Source: Candidatus Freyarchaeum deiterrae (GTDB lineage: Archaea; Asgardarchaeota; Jordiarchaeia; Jordiarchaeales; Jordiarchaeaceae). From it: 64,000 bases of DNA. The notes under the pieces are model-generated. The model was given only the letters and a program-made list of their open reading frames with translations, searched no databases and was not told where the DNA came from. The translations under genes were made by a program, and so were the position numbers. This document shows, piece after piece, positions 10,269 to 20,616 of this stretch (position 1 is its first letter; every line of letters starts with the position of its first letter). The DNA is taken from positions 3,168,001 to 3,232,000 of the forward strand of contig CP147778.1 in the NCBI GenBank assembly GCA_037305845.1. Reading direction: 5' to 3'.

Positions 10269-11078
10269 GTGCAGGACGTGAAAGTTGATCTATCCGGCGT
10301 TCCAGAGACTTTATTAATGGCTCTCTGGGGCCGTGCGAAAGTCAGCAAGGAGGATAACCCAGTCCTAAAGGACTCAAAGGCGATTGAAATTGTTGAAAAC
10401 CTCATCGAATACGACTTTGCAAAATTAGACAAACATCTCCAGAAATACACTAATTTCGTTTGGCTGGTAAGAGCGAGAATGTTTGATGATACTGTCAGAA
10501 GATTCACGGCTGAACACCCAGAGGCGACAATAGTGAATCTCGGTGCTGGTCTTGATACCACTTTTTTCAGAGTGGACAACGGCTCCATAAAGTGGTATGA
10601 CCTAGACCTCCATGATGTAATTGAAATAAGGAAGAAAATCATGCCCGAAACTGACCGTATGAAATGCATGGCCAAGTCTCTAATGGATACCCGTTGGATG
10701 AAAGACATCAAGGACATTAAAGATGGGATTCTTTTCTTCTCGGGAGGAGTCTTAGTTTACTTCGAGGAAACAGAAATAAAGAAATTGCTATCAAAATTAG
10801 CTGATAGGTTCCCTGGAGGAGAAATCGTTTTTGATACAATGTCGCCGTTCATGGTGTCTCAGGGCAACAAGCTAATAAAGGATTCCGGGATAGAAAATGC
10901 GTTCATCAAATGGGGGATTGATGATACTAAAGCCATTTCCAAATGGGATCCACGAATAACCGTTTTGGAAGACTATACTTTGTATTCACGGATAGAAAAT
11001 AAGAACTATTGGGGTCAAGATGTGGTGATGACCATGGATTACATCGATAAAACTAGGGGGCGTGTATTGTTCACCTGA
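10269..11078 (+). CDS. Class I SAM-dependent methyltransferase (LCM/TcmP family)
   Basis: ETLLMALWGRA, IVNLGAGLDT, WYDLDL, GGVLVYF; possible frameshift in the last codons. Confidence 0.9.
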   Translation: MQDVKVDLSGVPETLLMALWGRAKVSKEDNPVLKDSKAIEIVENLIEYDFAKLDKHLQKYTNFVWLVRARMFDDTVRRFTAEHPEATIVNLGAGLDTTFFRVDNGSIKWYDLDLHDVIEIRKKIMPETDRMKCMAKSLMDTRWMKDIKDIKDGILFFSGGVLVYFEETEIKKLLSKLADRFPGGEIVFDTMSPFMVSQGNKLIKDSGIENAFIKWGIDDTKAISKWDPRITVLEDYTLYSRIENKNYWGQDVVMTMDYIDKTRGRVLFT

Positions 11079-11170
11079 AATTTCGTTAATGGTGAATGGC
11101 AATTTCCACCATTAAAAAAGATTCTTTATATTCTTAGACTTTAACGTGTGGGTGGGGCGAAGTTTGATTT

Positions 11171-11422
11171 TTATTTGTAAATGTTTCTTCTATGCCCGAC
11201 TCTTAAAATCACTATGTTTTCACCATCTATATCAAATATTACTCTGTAATCTCCTATTCTGAATCTGTATGTTCCTATCTTCGGGTTCACTAATTTATTA
11301 GCGTATCTCAGAGGTTCTTTAGAGCATTCTTTGAGTTTTGCAGCAATTCTATTCTGCATTTCTTTGTCAATACTTTCCAAATCTTTCAATGCTCTCCGAG
11401 TAAAAACTATTCTATACATCAA
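11171..11422 (-). CDS. RelE/ParE family type II toxin
   Basis: 83 aa; YRFRIGDYRVIF and VGHRRNIY motifs; overlaps the upstream small gene. Confidence 0.9.
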   Translation of the reverse strand: MMYRIVFTRRALKDLESIDKEMQNRIAAKLKECSKEPLRYANKLVNPKIGTYRFRIGDYRVIFDIDGENIVILRVGHRRNIYK

Positions 11423-11609
11423 AGATATCCTCTAGGCGCTTTATTTTGCCTTCTTTATAATCCGTTCTTGCTTCTTCAATTGAGCGTAGATACTCTTCAC
11501 TTGAAAGCGCAGACAAGTCTTCAATAAACTCTTCCAAGGTGTCCTTAATAGTAGCTGATATCAGGGTCCGCAATTCTTCAACCGTTAAGTCCTTTACCTT
11601 CGTCACCAT
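11412..11609 (-). CDS. Putative antitoxin of the RelE pair
   Basis: 65-aa acidic protein (SIEEARTDYKEGK) directly upstream of and overlapping the toxin. Confidence 0.8.
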   Translation of the reverse strand: MVTKVKDLTVEELRTLISATIKDTLEEFIEDLSALSSEEYLRSIEEARTDYKEGKIKRLEDIFDV

Positions 11610-12026
11610 AAAATAAGCACCTACTTATAGAACCTAAAAGCGAGTATTTAAGATTTCATCTAATGTTTTACTCTCTCTTATACTCATCTTAACCCTTATA
11701 TTATTGTTACTGTACACTGCAAAGAACTCGCATCTTCATATACTGAAAAACAAATCATTTTGGTCATAATTCACATTAAGGCTTAGCCAAACCTCCAGTT
11801 TGTGGGACAAATTAAAATAGGAATCCACCTTCTTAGAGATTAGATGCTAGGCAATGAACTACAGAGAGTTCCGATATCAAAGTCAAAAGTGACGAAAAGG
11901 CATTAGGGTGAGCCTGGCATCGCTTCTATCACCACTACTAACCGTTCGGGCTCTTCAAGCATTCAGAGATATCTCTGAACAGTTTCTTCATTTCCTTCAA
12001 ATTCTACTTTAAAAAAGAAGAATTTT

Positions 12027-13427
12027 TTATTGTGGCTTTTTGGAAACCCCGAGAAGGTCTGAGATTCTGTGAATTTCTATCAGGTTGCTTTCATGCGTCT
12101 GCCCTGTTCTAATTCCGGCCGTGAATAGAACAAAATCTTTTTCTTCGATGTACTCTTTTTGCTTAAGAATTTCTGCTGCGTTCCGGATTATGTCGCCAGC
12201 CTCACGGTACCTTATATACACGGGTTTGACTCCGTAGACCAGTTCCAATTGTCTCTTGACCATTTCGTTGTCCGTTACTGCGATGATTGGTTGTTTGAGC
12301 CTAAACCTAGAAATCATCCTCGCAGTGTATCCGGACCTAGTTAATGTTACAATTTTGTCTAAGGGCATTGAACTCGATATTAGATTTATGGACTTGCTCA
12401 CAGTTTGTGATACATTGACAAAGCCGTCCATAGTTATTTTTCCAGTCAGCATACGTTCAGCTTCTTTCGCGATTTTGCTCATCATTTCCACACACTCTAC
12501 TGGATACTTTCCAATAGACGTTTCTTCCGAAAGCATAACAGCGTCGCTTCCATCCAGTATCGCGTTAGCCACATCGCTCGCTTCGGCTCTGGTGGGAATG
12601 GGACTGTTCACCATGGACTCCAGCATCTGAGTAGCAGTAATCACAATTTTTCCCTGCTGGTTGCATTTTCGAATTATTTCTTTCTGGATAAGCGGAACCT
12701 TTTCGTACTCTATCTCCACACCCATATCCCCCCTAGCCACCATTATAGAATCCGACTCATCAAGAATCGCGTCGATATCTTTTACCCCTTCATGATTTTC
12801 AATTTTGGCTATAATCGCTTGACTGCCAGAACCGATTTTGCTCCTAAGATTCTTAACATCATTGACATCTCTTGTGAATGAGAGAGCTATGAACTCGACG
12901 TCGTTCTCCTTGGAAAACTCTATTGCCTCTAAATCCTTCTCCGATAATTGTGGAATGTTAACGAGCCTCTTGTTGGGAAGATTGACCCCCTTATTAATTT
13001 GAATAACTCCTTCATCCTCAACCAGTAAATACAACTTACTATTCTCTTTCTTCTTAACTTTGGTGATTACCTCACCGTTATCAATCAGAACTTTGTCCCC
13101 TGGATTCATTTCGTCATAAAAATTGTATGAGAAGGTAAGATCCTCATTAGCAAATCCCGCAACTATCACATCGCCAATTTTCGCAGTAATAGGTGCCTTG
13201 TTCGTCGTTCTAATGTTGGGACCCTTAATATCCATAATAATAGGTATCTCTCCAACATCTCTCGTTAGTCTAATTATCTCCTTATACTGTTCAAAATCTC
13301 CATGAGCAATATTTATTCGAACCGCATCCATTCCCGCATCATACAATTTCTTTAGGATTTTCAAATTCATAGTGGCAGGACCAATGGTGCAGATTATCTT
13401 GGTTTTCTTCTCCCGTCTCCTAACCAT
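12027..13427 (-). CDS. pyk: Pyruvate kinase
   Basis: KTKIICTIGPA, IIAKIEN, MVARGDMGVE, ATQMLESM, PTRAEASDVANA. Confidence 0.97.
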   Translation of the reverse strand: MVRRREKKTKIICTIGPATMNLKILKKLYDAGMDAVRINIAHGDFEQYKEIIRLTRDVGEIPIIMDIKGPNIRTTNKAPITAKIGDVIVAGFANEDLTFSYNFYDEMNPGDKVLIDNGEVITKVKKKENSKLYLLVEDEGVIQINKGVNLPNKRLVNIPQLSEKDLEAIEFSKENDVEFIALSFTRDVNDVKNLRSKIGSGSQAIIAKIENHEGVKDIDAILDESDSIMVARGDMGVEIEYEKVPLIQKEIIRKCNQQGKIVITATQMLESMVNSPIPTRAEASDVANAILDGSDAVMLSEETSIGKYPVECVEMMSKIAKEAERMLTGKITMDGFVNVSQTVSKSINLISSSMPLDKIVTLTRSGYTARMISRFRLKQPIIAVTDNEMVKRQLELVYGVKPVYIRYREAGDIIRNAAEILKQKEYIEEKDFVLFTAGIRTGQTHESNLIEIHRISDLLGVSKKPQ

Positions 13428-13644
13428 ATTCTATCCCTCCTGAATGATTTATTCTCCAAAATAACTTAATCTTAACATGAATCTAAACATTGATTGCCTA
13501 TATTCTTTTTATAAAATTCATTTAAAGTTTTCCAGTTCAAAAAAAGTAATAACTATTGCTTATCTTATCAAAGGCAGCATCTTGAGGAGAATTGAAAATC
13601 CAAAGCAGATACATTCTGTTATTAAAGGCAGTTCGCTTCGTTTC

Positions 13645-14100
13645 CTATTTGTCCCAGATATAATGTTTGCCTCTTTTATCCGTCCAGTTCTCAACGCCGT
13701 ATTTTTTTATTAGCCGAAGATTACGCTTTGGTGTATCCCCATGATAAATTGATAAGGGCTCTAAGAGTTCACAATCCTCAAAGTCAGGGCATTCCCAACA
13801 ACCTTCTATTCCTTTTTCATTAACGCATTCACGAATCCGACAGTTAGGATTACCGCCGTTATTAATACAGGTCTTATGGCACCTCAATTGGATAATTGCA
13901 GTTAATACTTTCCTAAAAATTTGGTAATCATTGAAAACCTCGTCCTTTTTACCCTTTAGTTCTGCATACTTTTCAAACCGGCTTTCATCTAATTGTTCTC
14001 TTAGCTTTTCGGCAAGACTAAATAATTGTTGATTGGAAGGAATACAATCTCTACAGTAAAGACCACAGTAAGCGGTAAATTCTTTGTCTTTTTTCATCAT
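13645..14100 (-). CDS. DUF3795-family Cys-rich protein
   Basis: YCGLYCRDC ... CRIREC...GCWEC.DF..C. Confidence 0.8.
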   Translation of the reverse strand: MMKKDKEFTAYCGLYCRDCIPSNQQLFSLAEKLREQLDESRFEKYAELKGKKDEVFNDYQIFRKVLTAIIQLRCHKTCINNGGNPNCRIRECVNEKGIEGCWECPDFEDCELLEPLSIYHGDTPKRNLRLIKKYGVENWTDKRGKHYIWDK

Positions 14101-14142
14101 CTGACCACTATTTTATTATTCTTGTTTTTTTGAGCAATTATG

Positions 14143-14943
14143 TTACGTTGCTATTGCCCTGTTCTCCGCCTCAACTTCTAACCTCATCATTGGAACATGA
14201 ACATAACCATCTTTGTCTAAGGGATGTTTTTCAATGTATTTATCAGTCAACTCCCCAATAAATTCTTCACGCAGTTCTTCAGGCACCCTCTGGGTATAAG
14301 GAAGCCAAGTTGTACGAATCCATGCCGATAGTCCTTCTTTTCCTTTTTGAATCATATCCTTCGGGATTAACTCGACACGTTTAGCTTTGAGACCCGCCTG
14401 TTCCAACCAGTCTTTGTACTCTTCAGGCCCATGGAAGCCGTATGGAAAAGTGAAATTTGTAAAGTATCCACTCCATTTCTTACTTTTCATCATTGTTTCC
14501 ATAACTTCCAGGATTTTAGCAGCGTTGCCTTTTCCTCCCATTTGGAGTAAAACTTTTCCTGATGGTTTTAGGCTCTTTTTGATTCCTCTAAGAACGGGTA
14601 GATGATCAATAATCCAGTGCAGAGTGGCGTTTGAGAAAATAACGTCAAATTCAGAGTTGAAACTCAAATTCCTTGCATCCATCTTCTTGAAAGCAATATT
14701 TGGAAATTTTTTCGAAGGGAAATTCTTGCGAGCGAAACTGACCTGTTCTTCGGAATTATCGATGCCCAGAACCGAACCGCTTGATAATCGTTTAGCGAGT
14801 TCAGCAGTGACTTTCCCGTCACCGCACCCTATATCCAAAACTCTTTCACTTCCTTTAAGTCCGAGTTTTAGTATGAGTTCTTGCGCCCATTTCTGCTGCT
14901 CGGATGAGCTTTTGTGGTAATCCTCTGCATTCCATTTGTACAT
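14143..14943 (-). CDS. Class I SAM-dependent methyltransferase (trans-aconitate methyltransferase-like)
   Basis: WNAEDY, VLDIGCGDG, FSNATLHW; ATG at 14943. Confidence 0.9.
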   Translation of the reverse strand: MYKWNAEDYHKSSSEQQKWAQELILKLGLKGSERVLDIGCGDGKVTAELAKRLSSGSVLGIDNSEEQVSFARKNFPSKKFPNIAFKKMDARNLSFNSEFDVIFSNATLHWIIDHLPVLRGIKKSLKPSGKVLLQMGGKGNAAKILEVMETMMKSKKWSGYFTNFTFPYGFHGPEEYKDWLEQAGLKAKRVELIPKDMIQKGKEGLSAWIRTTWLPYTQRVPEELREEFIGELTDKYIEKHPLDKDGYVHVPMMRLEVEAENRAIAT

Positions 14944-15384
14944 GCTTCTTGCCTCAACTATCATTTTTCTAACAATCAATATTCTCAGATGCGGCATAAT
15001 TTATAATATTTTTTAAAGATTTGGTGTAGTGATAGTTTAGCTTGGTGCGAGGTAAGAGCTGAACTAGAAAAGCTGAAATTAGGGGTGAAATTAACGACTT
15101 TCCTAAAACTGCCGAAGCTAAAGCAGAAACCCAACTTTCTTAGGGACGATTAACTCAGCCTAACCGCATTATAAATATTATCCACTATCAGTAATTGCCG
15201 ATACGAAAAAGATGCTCAGGATTTACAAGGTTTTTTCAAAAAAAAAATCGAAATTAGAGGGGAAGCGGGAGATTAGTGAAGGTTCAAGGAAGAGAAATAA
15301 TGCATGCATTGTACTAGGAAATGTTTTTTATATGCAAGTAACTTGTGTGAATATATGATTAGGTAAAAGACGAGCGATGAGTTT

Positions 15385-17646
15385 ATGGTGGGTTTGAAGA
15401 AGTCGGAAGTGATGAAGAAACTCTTGTCCGAAGCCGAAGTACTCGACCAGTTAGGAGATGCAATAATAGCTGTTGACAACGATGACATAATAGTTTATCT
15501 GAATAAAGCAGCTGCACAGCTATACAATGTCGCCCGAGACGAAGCTATTGGGTTGAAGCTAACGGATCTTTACGAGGATTTATGGCTAACGCCTAAAGAT
15601 AAGCAGGCAGCACACGCTTCACTGGAGGAGAAAGATTACTGGGACGCCAGAAACATTCACATCAAAAAGAACGGCAAAAGAATGCCCGCTAGATCAATGG
15701 TTAGCATTATCAGAGACGCGTCCGGCAAAAAGATCGGAAAGATACTCATCCCGAGAGATACTACCGAATGGAGACGAATAGAAGATGCGCTGCGGCAAAG
15801 CGAGAAACAGTTCAGGACACTTGCCGAGAACTCCCCACTGACTATTACTCGTTGGGACAGGGACCTCCGGTATGTCTACATCACCCCAGCGGTTAAAAAT
15901 TTAACCGGATTACCTCCCGAGTTCTTCATAGGTAAAAACATAGAAGAAATAGGCGTTGCCCCTAAAGATATCATTAAGATTAACGCAAAAATCCTTAATG
16001 AGGTCTTCGCCACAGGACAGCCTCAAACTCGCGAATTTAGTTTCCCATCTCCTACAGGAACGAAACTCTTACATTGGCATATCGTTCCAGAATTTGCTGA
16101 TGACGGCACAGTGGAAACTGCACTGAGCTTTACTACCGACATCACCAGCCGAAAGCAAATGGAAGAAAAATTAGCTAAAGAAAGAAACATGCTCAGGGGC
16201 ATCATGGAGAATACGCAAGTCATGCTGGCTTACTTAGATACCAACTTCAACTTTGTGGCTGTCAACTCTGCCTATGCAAAAGGCTCAGGGCATTCAGTCG
16301 AAGAACTCATCGGAAAGAACCATTTCTCACTTTTTCCGAACGAGGAGAATCAAGCCATATTCGAGCTGGTAAACGTTTCGGGAGAAGCTGTAGAATATCA
16401 TGATAAACCCTTCGAGTTTGCAGATCAGCCGGAAAGGGGAATAACCTACTGGGACTGGAAGCTTGCTCCAGTGAAAGACGATGAAGGCCGTGTACTAGGG
16501 TTAGTCCTCTCTCTTACGGAGACAACCCAACGAAAGAAAGCAGAAGACGCTTTGAAGGAGTCGGAAGAACGGAACCGCATTATTCTGGAAAGCATAACTG
16601 ATGGTTTCGTCGCCTTTGACCGTGAATGGCGATATACCTACGTCAATGTAACCGCTGAAAAGATGCTTCATAAAACAAAAAAGGAATTGCTTGGACAAGA
16701 GGTTTGGGAAATGTTCCCAGATGCCGTAAAGCGGAAGTTCTGGTTAGAATTCAACCGGGCTGTCAGAGAGCTTATTCCCGTCCACTTTGAAGAATTCTAC
16801 CCGGAACCCCTCAACGCTTGGTATGAGTGCCATTGTTACCCTACACCCGATGGTTTAACTGTCATCTTCACCGACATAACCAAACGCAAGCAGATGGAGG
16901 AGAATCTCAAGGAGTACACCCTGCACTTGGAGGAACTGGTCAAGGAACGAACCGCGAAGCTGCAGGAATCAGAACGGCTAGCTGCTATTGGCGAAACAGC
17001 GGGTATGGTTGGACACGACATCCGCAACCCGTTACAAACCATAATCGGAGAAGTCTACCTGGCTGGGAATGAATTGGACTCTATGCCTGAGGGCGAAGCA
17101 AAGAAGATTTTGAAAGAAAACTTGGAAGCAATCGAGGGGCAGGTAACTTATATAAACAAGATTGTTTCAGACCTTCAGGATTTTGGTAGACCGCTAAAGC
17201 CCTCAACCGAAGAGATAGATTCTCAACAATTAATTCAGAATTCACTGTCGATAGTAGCTGTTCCAGAGAACATCCAAGTTTCCAAACTAATTGAAAAGGA
17301 TTCCCCAAAACTGACAGCTGACCCCTCCTACATGAAACGTGTGCTCACAAACATGATTACTAATGCTATTCAAGCCATGCCTAAAGGTGGAAAATTAACC
17401 ATAAAAGTGTTCCACAAAGACAAATCTGCATTTATAACTATAGAAGATACGGGTGAAGGCATACCTGAAGAGATTAAGCCGAATATGTTCAAGCCTTTGT
17501 TTACCACCAAAGCGAAAGGACAAGGGTTCGGCTTGGCTGTTTGCAAACGATTAGTAGAAGCGCAAAACGGCGCGATAACCTTCGAAAGTCAAATCGGGAA
17601 AGGTACCAGCTTCACCATAGAACTCCCATTGCAAACTAAAAAATAA
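15385..17646 (+). CDS. Soluble multi-PAS sensor histidine kinase
   Basis: Four PAS/PAC repeats, H-box GHDIRNPL, N-box NAIQAM, DTGEGI, FTTK, GFGL; no transmembrane segment. Confidence 0.95.
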   Translation: MVGLKKSEVMKKLLSEAEVLDQLGDAIIAVDNDDIIVYLNKAAAQLYNVARDEAIGLKLTDLYEDLWLTPKDKQAAHASLEEKDYWDARNIHIKKNGKRMPARSMVSIIRDASGKKIGKILIPRDTTEWRRIEDALRQSEKQFRTLAENSPLTITRWDRDLRYVYITPAVKNLTGLPPEFFIGKNIEEIGVAPKDIIKINAKILNEVFATGQPQTREFSFPSPTGTKLLHWHIVPEFADDGTVETALSFTTDITSRKQMEEKLAKERNMLRGIMENTQVMLAYLDTNFNFVAVNSAYAKGSGHSVEELIGKNHFSLFPNEENQAIFELVNVSGEAVEYHDKPFEFADQPERGITYWDWKLAPVKDDEGRVLGLVLSLTETTQRKKAEDALKESEERNRIILESITDGFVAFDREWRYTYVNVTAEKMLHKTKKELLGQEVWEMFPDAVKRKFWLEFNRAVRELIPVHFEEFYPEPLNAWYECHCYPTPDGLTVIFTDITKRKQMEENLKEYTLHLEELVKERTAKLQESERLAAIGETAGMVGHDIRNPLQTIIGEVYLAGNELDSMPEGEAKKILKENLEAIEGQVTYINKIVSDLQDFGRPLKPSTEEIDSQQLIQNSLSIVAVPENIQVSKLIEKDSPKLTADPSYMKRVLTNMITNAIQAMPKGGKLTIKVFHKDKSAFITIEDTGEGIPEEIKPNMFKPLFTTKAKGQGFGLAVCKRLVEAQNGAITFESQIGKGTSFTIELPLQTKK

Positions 17647-17777
17647 AGAGTATCGGGTTTGAATATCACAGCTTTTTCGTTTAATCTCGAAACTGTACAT
17701 ATTTGGCTGTTGTGATCTAAAAAAGGGTAATAGGACTTAACTTGGAGAGAAGGAAATACTCTTTCATTCCTTTAAGC

Positions 17778-18362
17778 TTAAGTTTTGATAAAAGCTCCAT
17801 CCTTATTATCCCTTTCACGAATTTGCTCCAAATTCTCAAGCCATTTCTTACACCATTGGATACTAGACCGTTCCTGGCTGAGTCCATAATCTATAACCAT
17901 TAGCCAGTATAATTTGTGCTCGTCCAAGGAATATTGATTGTTTATGACTTCCTCTTCTCTCTCTAATCTTTGAATATGCTCTTCGCTTCTTTTCATTTCA
18001 GTCTTTATCTTTTCTATTGATTCCTCTATTGGAACTAAAGCTCCAAAAAAAAGTTTAAAGAGAAATTCACTCCTCAAAATGAGCTCCATAGCCGGTTTCA
18101 TGAGCCAATTGATAAATTCTTCCCTGCCTTTATCTGTAATGTAATAAACATGTTTATCAGGTTTTTTCTCACTCTCTACGGTCTTTTTTTCAACCAGATT
18201 TAACTTTTGGAGTTTCTGTAAGGAGGAATAAATTTGTTTAAATTCTTCATTCCAAAAACTTGAGAGCGATAAATCAAAAAATTTTTTCATGTCATACCCG
18301 GACATGGGAGAATAACTAAGAAGAGCCAAAACGGCGTATTTTGATCTATCTACTTTAGGCAT
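17778..18362 (-). CDS. PadR family transcriptional regulator
   Basis: PMSGYDMKK, QIYSSL, KHVYYITDKGREE, C-terminal helical domain. Confidence 0.9.
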   Translation of the reverse strand: MPKVDRSKYAVLALLSYSPMSGYDMKKFFDLSLSSFWNEEFKQIYSSLQKLQKLNLVEKKTVESEKKPDKHVYYITDKGREEFINWLMKPAMELILRSEFLFKLFFGALVPIEESIEKIKTEMKRSEEHIQRLEREEEVINNQYSLDEHKLYWLMVIDYGLSQERSSIQWCKKWLENLEQIRERDNKDGAFIKT

Positions 18363-18513
18363 TTTTATCTCCATCACTTTATAAATTTTAAAAGACATTA
18401 TCCGCAGTCAGCTTGTATTTTTAGCGGCTTAGCCTAGTGGTCATCTTATTGACTTTTTTGATGCTTGTTTGCACTTATTGGCATTTGAGAAATAGGGTGT
18501 ATTACCTCATCTA

Positions 18514-19281
18514 TTATTCTGATGACACCCCTGATCCTGTTTTATCTACTGCCTCAAGTGTCTGCTTGAAATTCTGATTTGCTATTTGTAAGAACATCTC
18601 TAATGGTATAAGTTCTCGGCTGATGATGCTCAGCGTTTTCTCGGACATTTTACCATCCCTCACTAGCTGGCGTCCGGCTTCTTCTGCCGCTTCCAGAACA
18701 TCCTTCACCGGTGCCCCCATATTCAGCATCGGCCTCAAAGCGGGACCATGGGGCCGAAGCAGCGCGCCGGCAAATTCACGGTTCATGTTCTTGCATATTG
18801 CCTTCATATGCACAATCAGTGGCTCGAAATTATCCAACTCCCAGAAGCCGCAATTGGATACCAGCACCACCTTGCCTTCCTTCACGACTTCACCCTCACG
18901 CCCAAGATGGCGACAATGACCATCACGCAACTCAATGAATGGATAAGCAAGGGGTATCGTTCTGTCAATCAGGTTCTTCATTGATCCGTTCATCCCATCC
19001 ACGTATAGAGGGCAGGCAAATACAATCACGTCCGCACCAATTAATTTGGGATATAGTCTTTGCATGTCATCCTTCTGATAACACTGAGCGGAGGTCTTCA
19101 GCCAGCAATTGAACTCGCCCTGACATGGATTGATTTTCAGCTTTTTAGTATAGAATAGCTCAACATCCGCTCCAGCCTCTCTCATCCCCTTAAGGAAGGG
19201 ATCAAGTATAAGAGCAGTATTGCCTTTATCCATATTTGGACTGCTATTGAATGCTAGTACTTTCATTTCTGATACCCTCAT
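18514..19281 (-). CDS. Flavodoxin-like iron-sulfur flavoprotein / FMN reductase family
   Basis: FNSSPNMDKGNT, CQGEFNCW...C..KDDM, PLYVDG..GSMKNLIDR. Confidence 0.85.
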   Translation of the reverse strand: MRVSEMKVLAFNSSPNMDKGNTALILDPFLKGMREAGADVELFYTKKLKINPCQGEFNCWLKTSAQCYQKDDMQRLYPKLIGADVIVFACPLYVDGMNGSMKNLIDRTIPLAYPFIELRDGHCRHLGREGEVVKEGKVVLVSNCGFWELDNFEPLIVHMKAICKNMNREFAGALLRPHGPALRPMLNMGAPVKDVLEAAEEAGRQLVRDGKMSEKTLSIISRELIPLEMFLQIANQNFKQTLEAVDKTGSGVSSE

Positions 19282-19332
19282 CTTTCAATATACGCATAAA
19301 TATATTTGTAAAAAATTTCTCTATTCAAGAGA

Positions 19333-19355
19333 TTATATAGGTAAGACCTATATAA
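19333..19355. promoter_or_regulatory. Perfect 10-bp inverted repeat, candidate operator
   Basis: TTATATAGGT-AAG-ACCTATATAA about 50 bp upstream of the flavoprotein and padR genes. Confidence 0.55.
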
Positions 19356-19471
19356 GTATATAACTATATGAGTAACACTTATATATGAGGTTTTCGGAAT
19401 GAAAGTTCTCGTAATAATAAGCAGCCATCAGAAAAAGGTTAGCTCAATAATTTCGATTATCTTACTATATT

Positions 19472-19909
19472 TTAGTCTCGTTTTTTCGTTGGCGAGAATT
19501 TGACCATAAGTAACTGTTGAACATCGTTAATGTCTTGCTCTGATTCTATTTTTACGAATACCCAACGACCCTCAGTATACTGGTGCGCATCTTCGAGAAT
19601 CTTTTTCACTTTATTGCTAAGATTCAAACTAGAAACTTTCTCAGTTTCGGTTTGGCCCAGAATAATTTGTGCAGTGAAACTCCCCTTTCCAGGATATAAA
19701 GATAGGAGAGCCTTGCCTCCTTTGCGGAATCTCTTTGCCCATCCATAGTTTTTTCCATAGAAGGCGAAGTCTTCTCGAGTTCGGTAGTTGTTGGTGATGA
19801 ATTGAGTTAGTTTCTCCCAAAGTGCTCGTTTGGAGCCGAGTGCGGTAAGTATTTCTTCCATTGTGGGTTGTTGTTCTTTGGTAAGGAAAAAACCAATAGT
19901 CATACCCAT
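19472..19909 (-). CDS. DUF3788-like protein
   Basis: YGKNYGW..RFRKGGKALLSLYP...YTEGRWV pattern. Confidence 0.7.
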   Translation of the reverse strand: MGMTIGFFLTKEQQPTMEEILTALGSKRALWEKLTQFITNNYRTREDFAFYGKNYGWAKRFRKGGKALLSLYPGKGSFTAQIILGQTETEKVSSLNLSNKVKKILEDAHQYTEGRWVFVKIESEQDINDVQQLLMVKFSPTKKRD

Positions 19910-20032
19910 ACCATATCTCCTTATTTTTGTATAAAAAATAGGGTTTACATGCATGAATCGAAATTCGAATGTTTCATGCGTTATCAGAATATAAAAAGAG
20001 TATATATAAAAAGTTTAAGGAACGTGGAAAAA

Positions 20033-20491
20033 ATGAGGAGAAAAAATCAGGAAATTACCGATAAAAAAGTCATAGAATCTGTGATTAAAAAAGCGGAAAT
20101 TTGTAGAATTGCCTTTTCTGAAAATGATACTCCGTACATTGTTCCAGTTGTTTTTGGTTATAAGGAAAATTGCCTTTATGTTCATTCTGCTCGTGAAGGT
20201 AAAAAGATAGATATAATCCGAAAAAATAATAAAGTCTGCTTTGAATTCGAAGTTGATGTTGAATTAGTTAAATCAGAAAATGTCTGTAAATGGGGGGTTA
20301 AATATTATAGCGTAATCGGTTTTGGCAAAGCTTCGTTGGTGGACGGTGTTAAGGAAAAGAAAAGAGCCTTGGACATTATTATGGAACATTATTCAGATGA
20401 TTCTTATGAGTATTCTGAAGAATTTGTGAATAAATTAATAATAATTAAAATTCTTATTGAGAGTTTGACTGGGAAAAAGTCAAGATATTGA
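20033..20491 (+). CDS. Pyridoxamine 5'-phosphate oxidase-like FMN-binding protein (NimA family)
   Basis: MRRKNQEI, PYIVPV.FGY, HSAREGKK, NNKVCFE, YYSVIGFG. Confidence 0.9.
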   Translation: MRRKNQEITDKKVIESVIKKAEICRIAFSENDTPYIVPVVFGYKENCLYVHSAREGKKIDIIRKNNKVCFEFEVDVELVKSENVCKWGVKYYSVIGFGKASLVDGVKEKKRALDIIMEHYSDDSYEYSEEFVNKLIIIKILIESLTGKKSRY

Positions 20492-20616
20492 TGCATTTTA
20501 GTCTGGTGATTCTTAAGAAAATATTTATAGCAATCTTTATTTTTATCTAATAGTAAAAAATATTATTCGAATTTATTTTTTGATTCGTTTTTGTGGATTT
20601 GTCGTGGGGTGATTTT

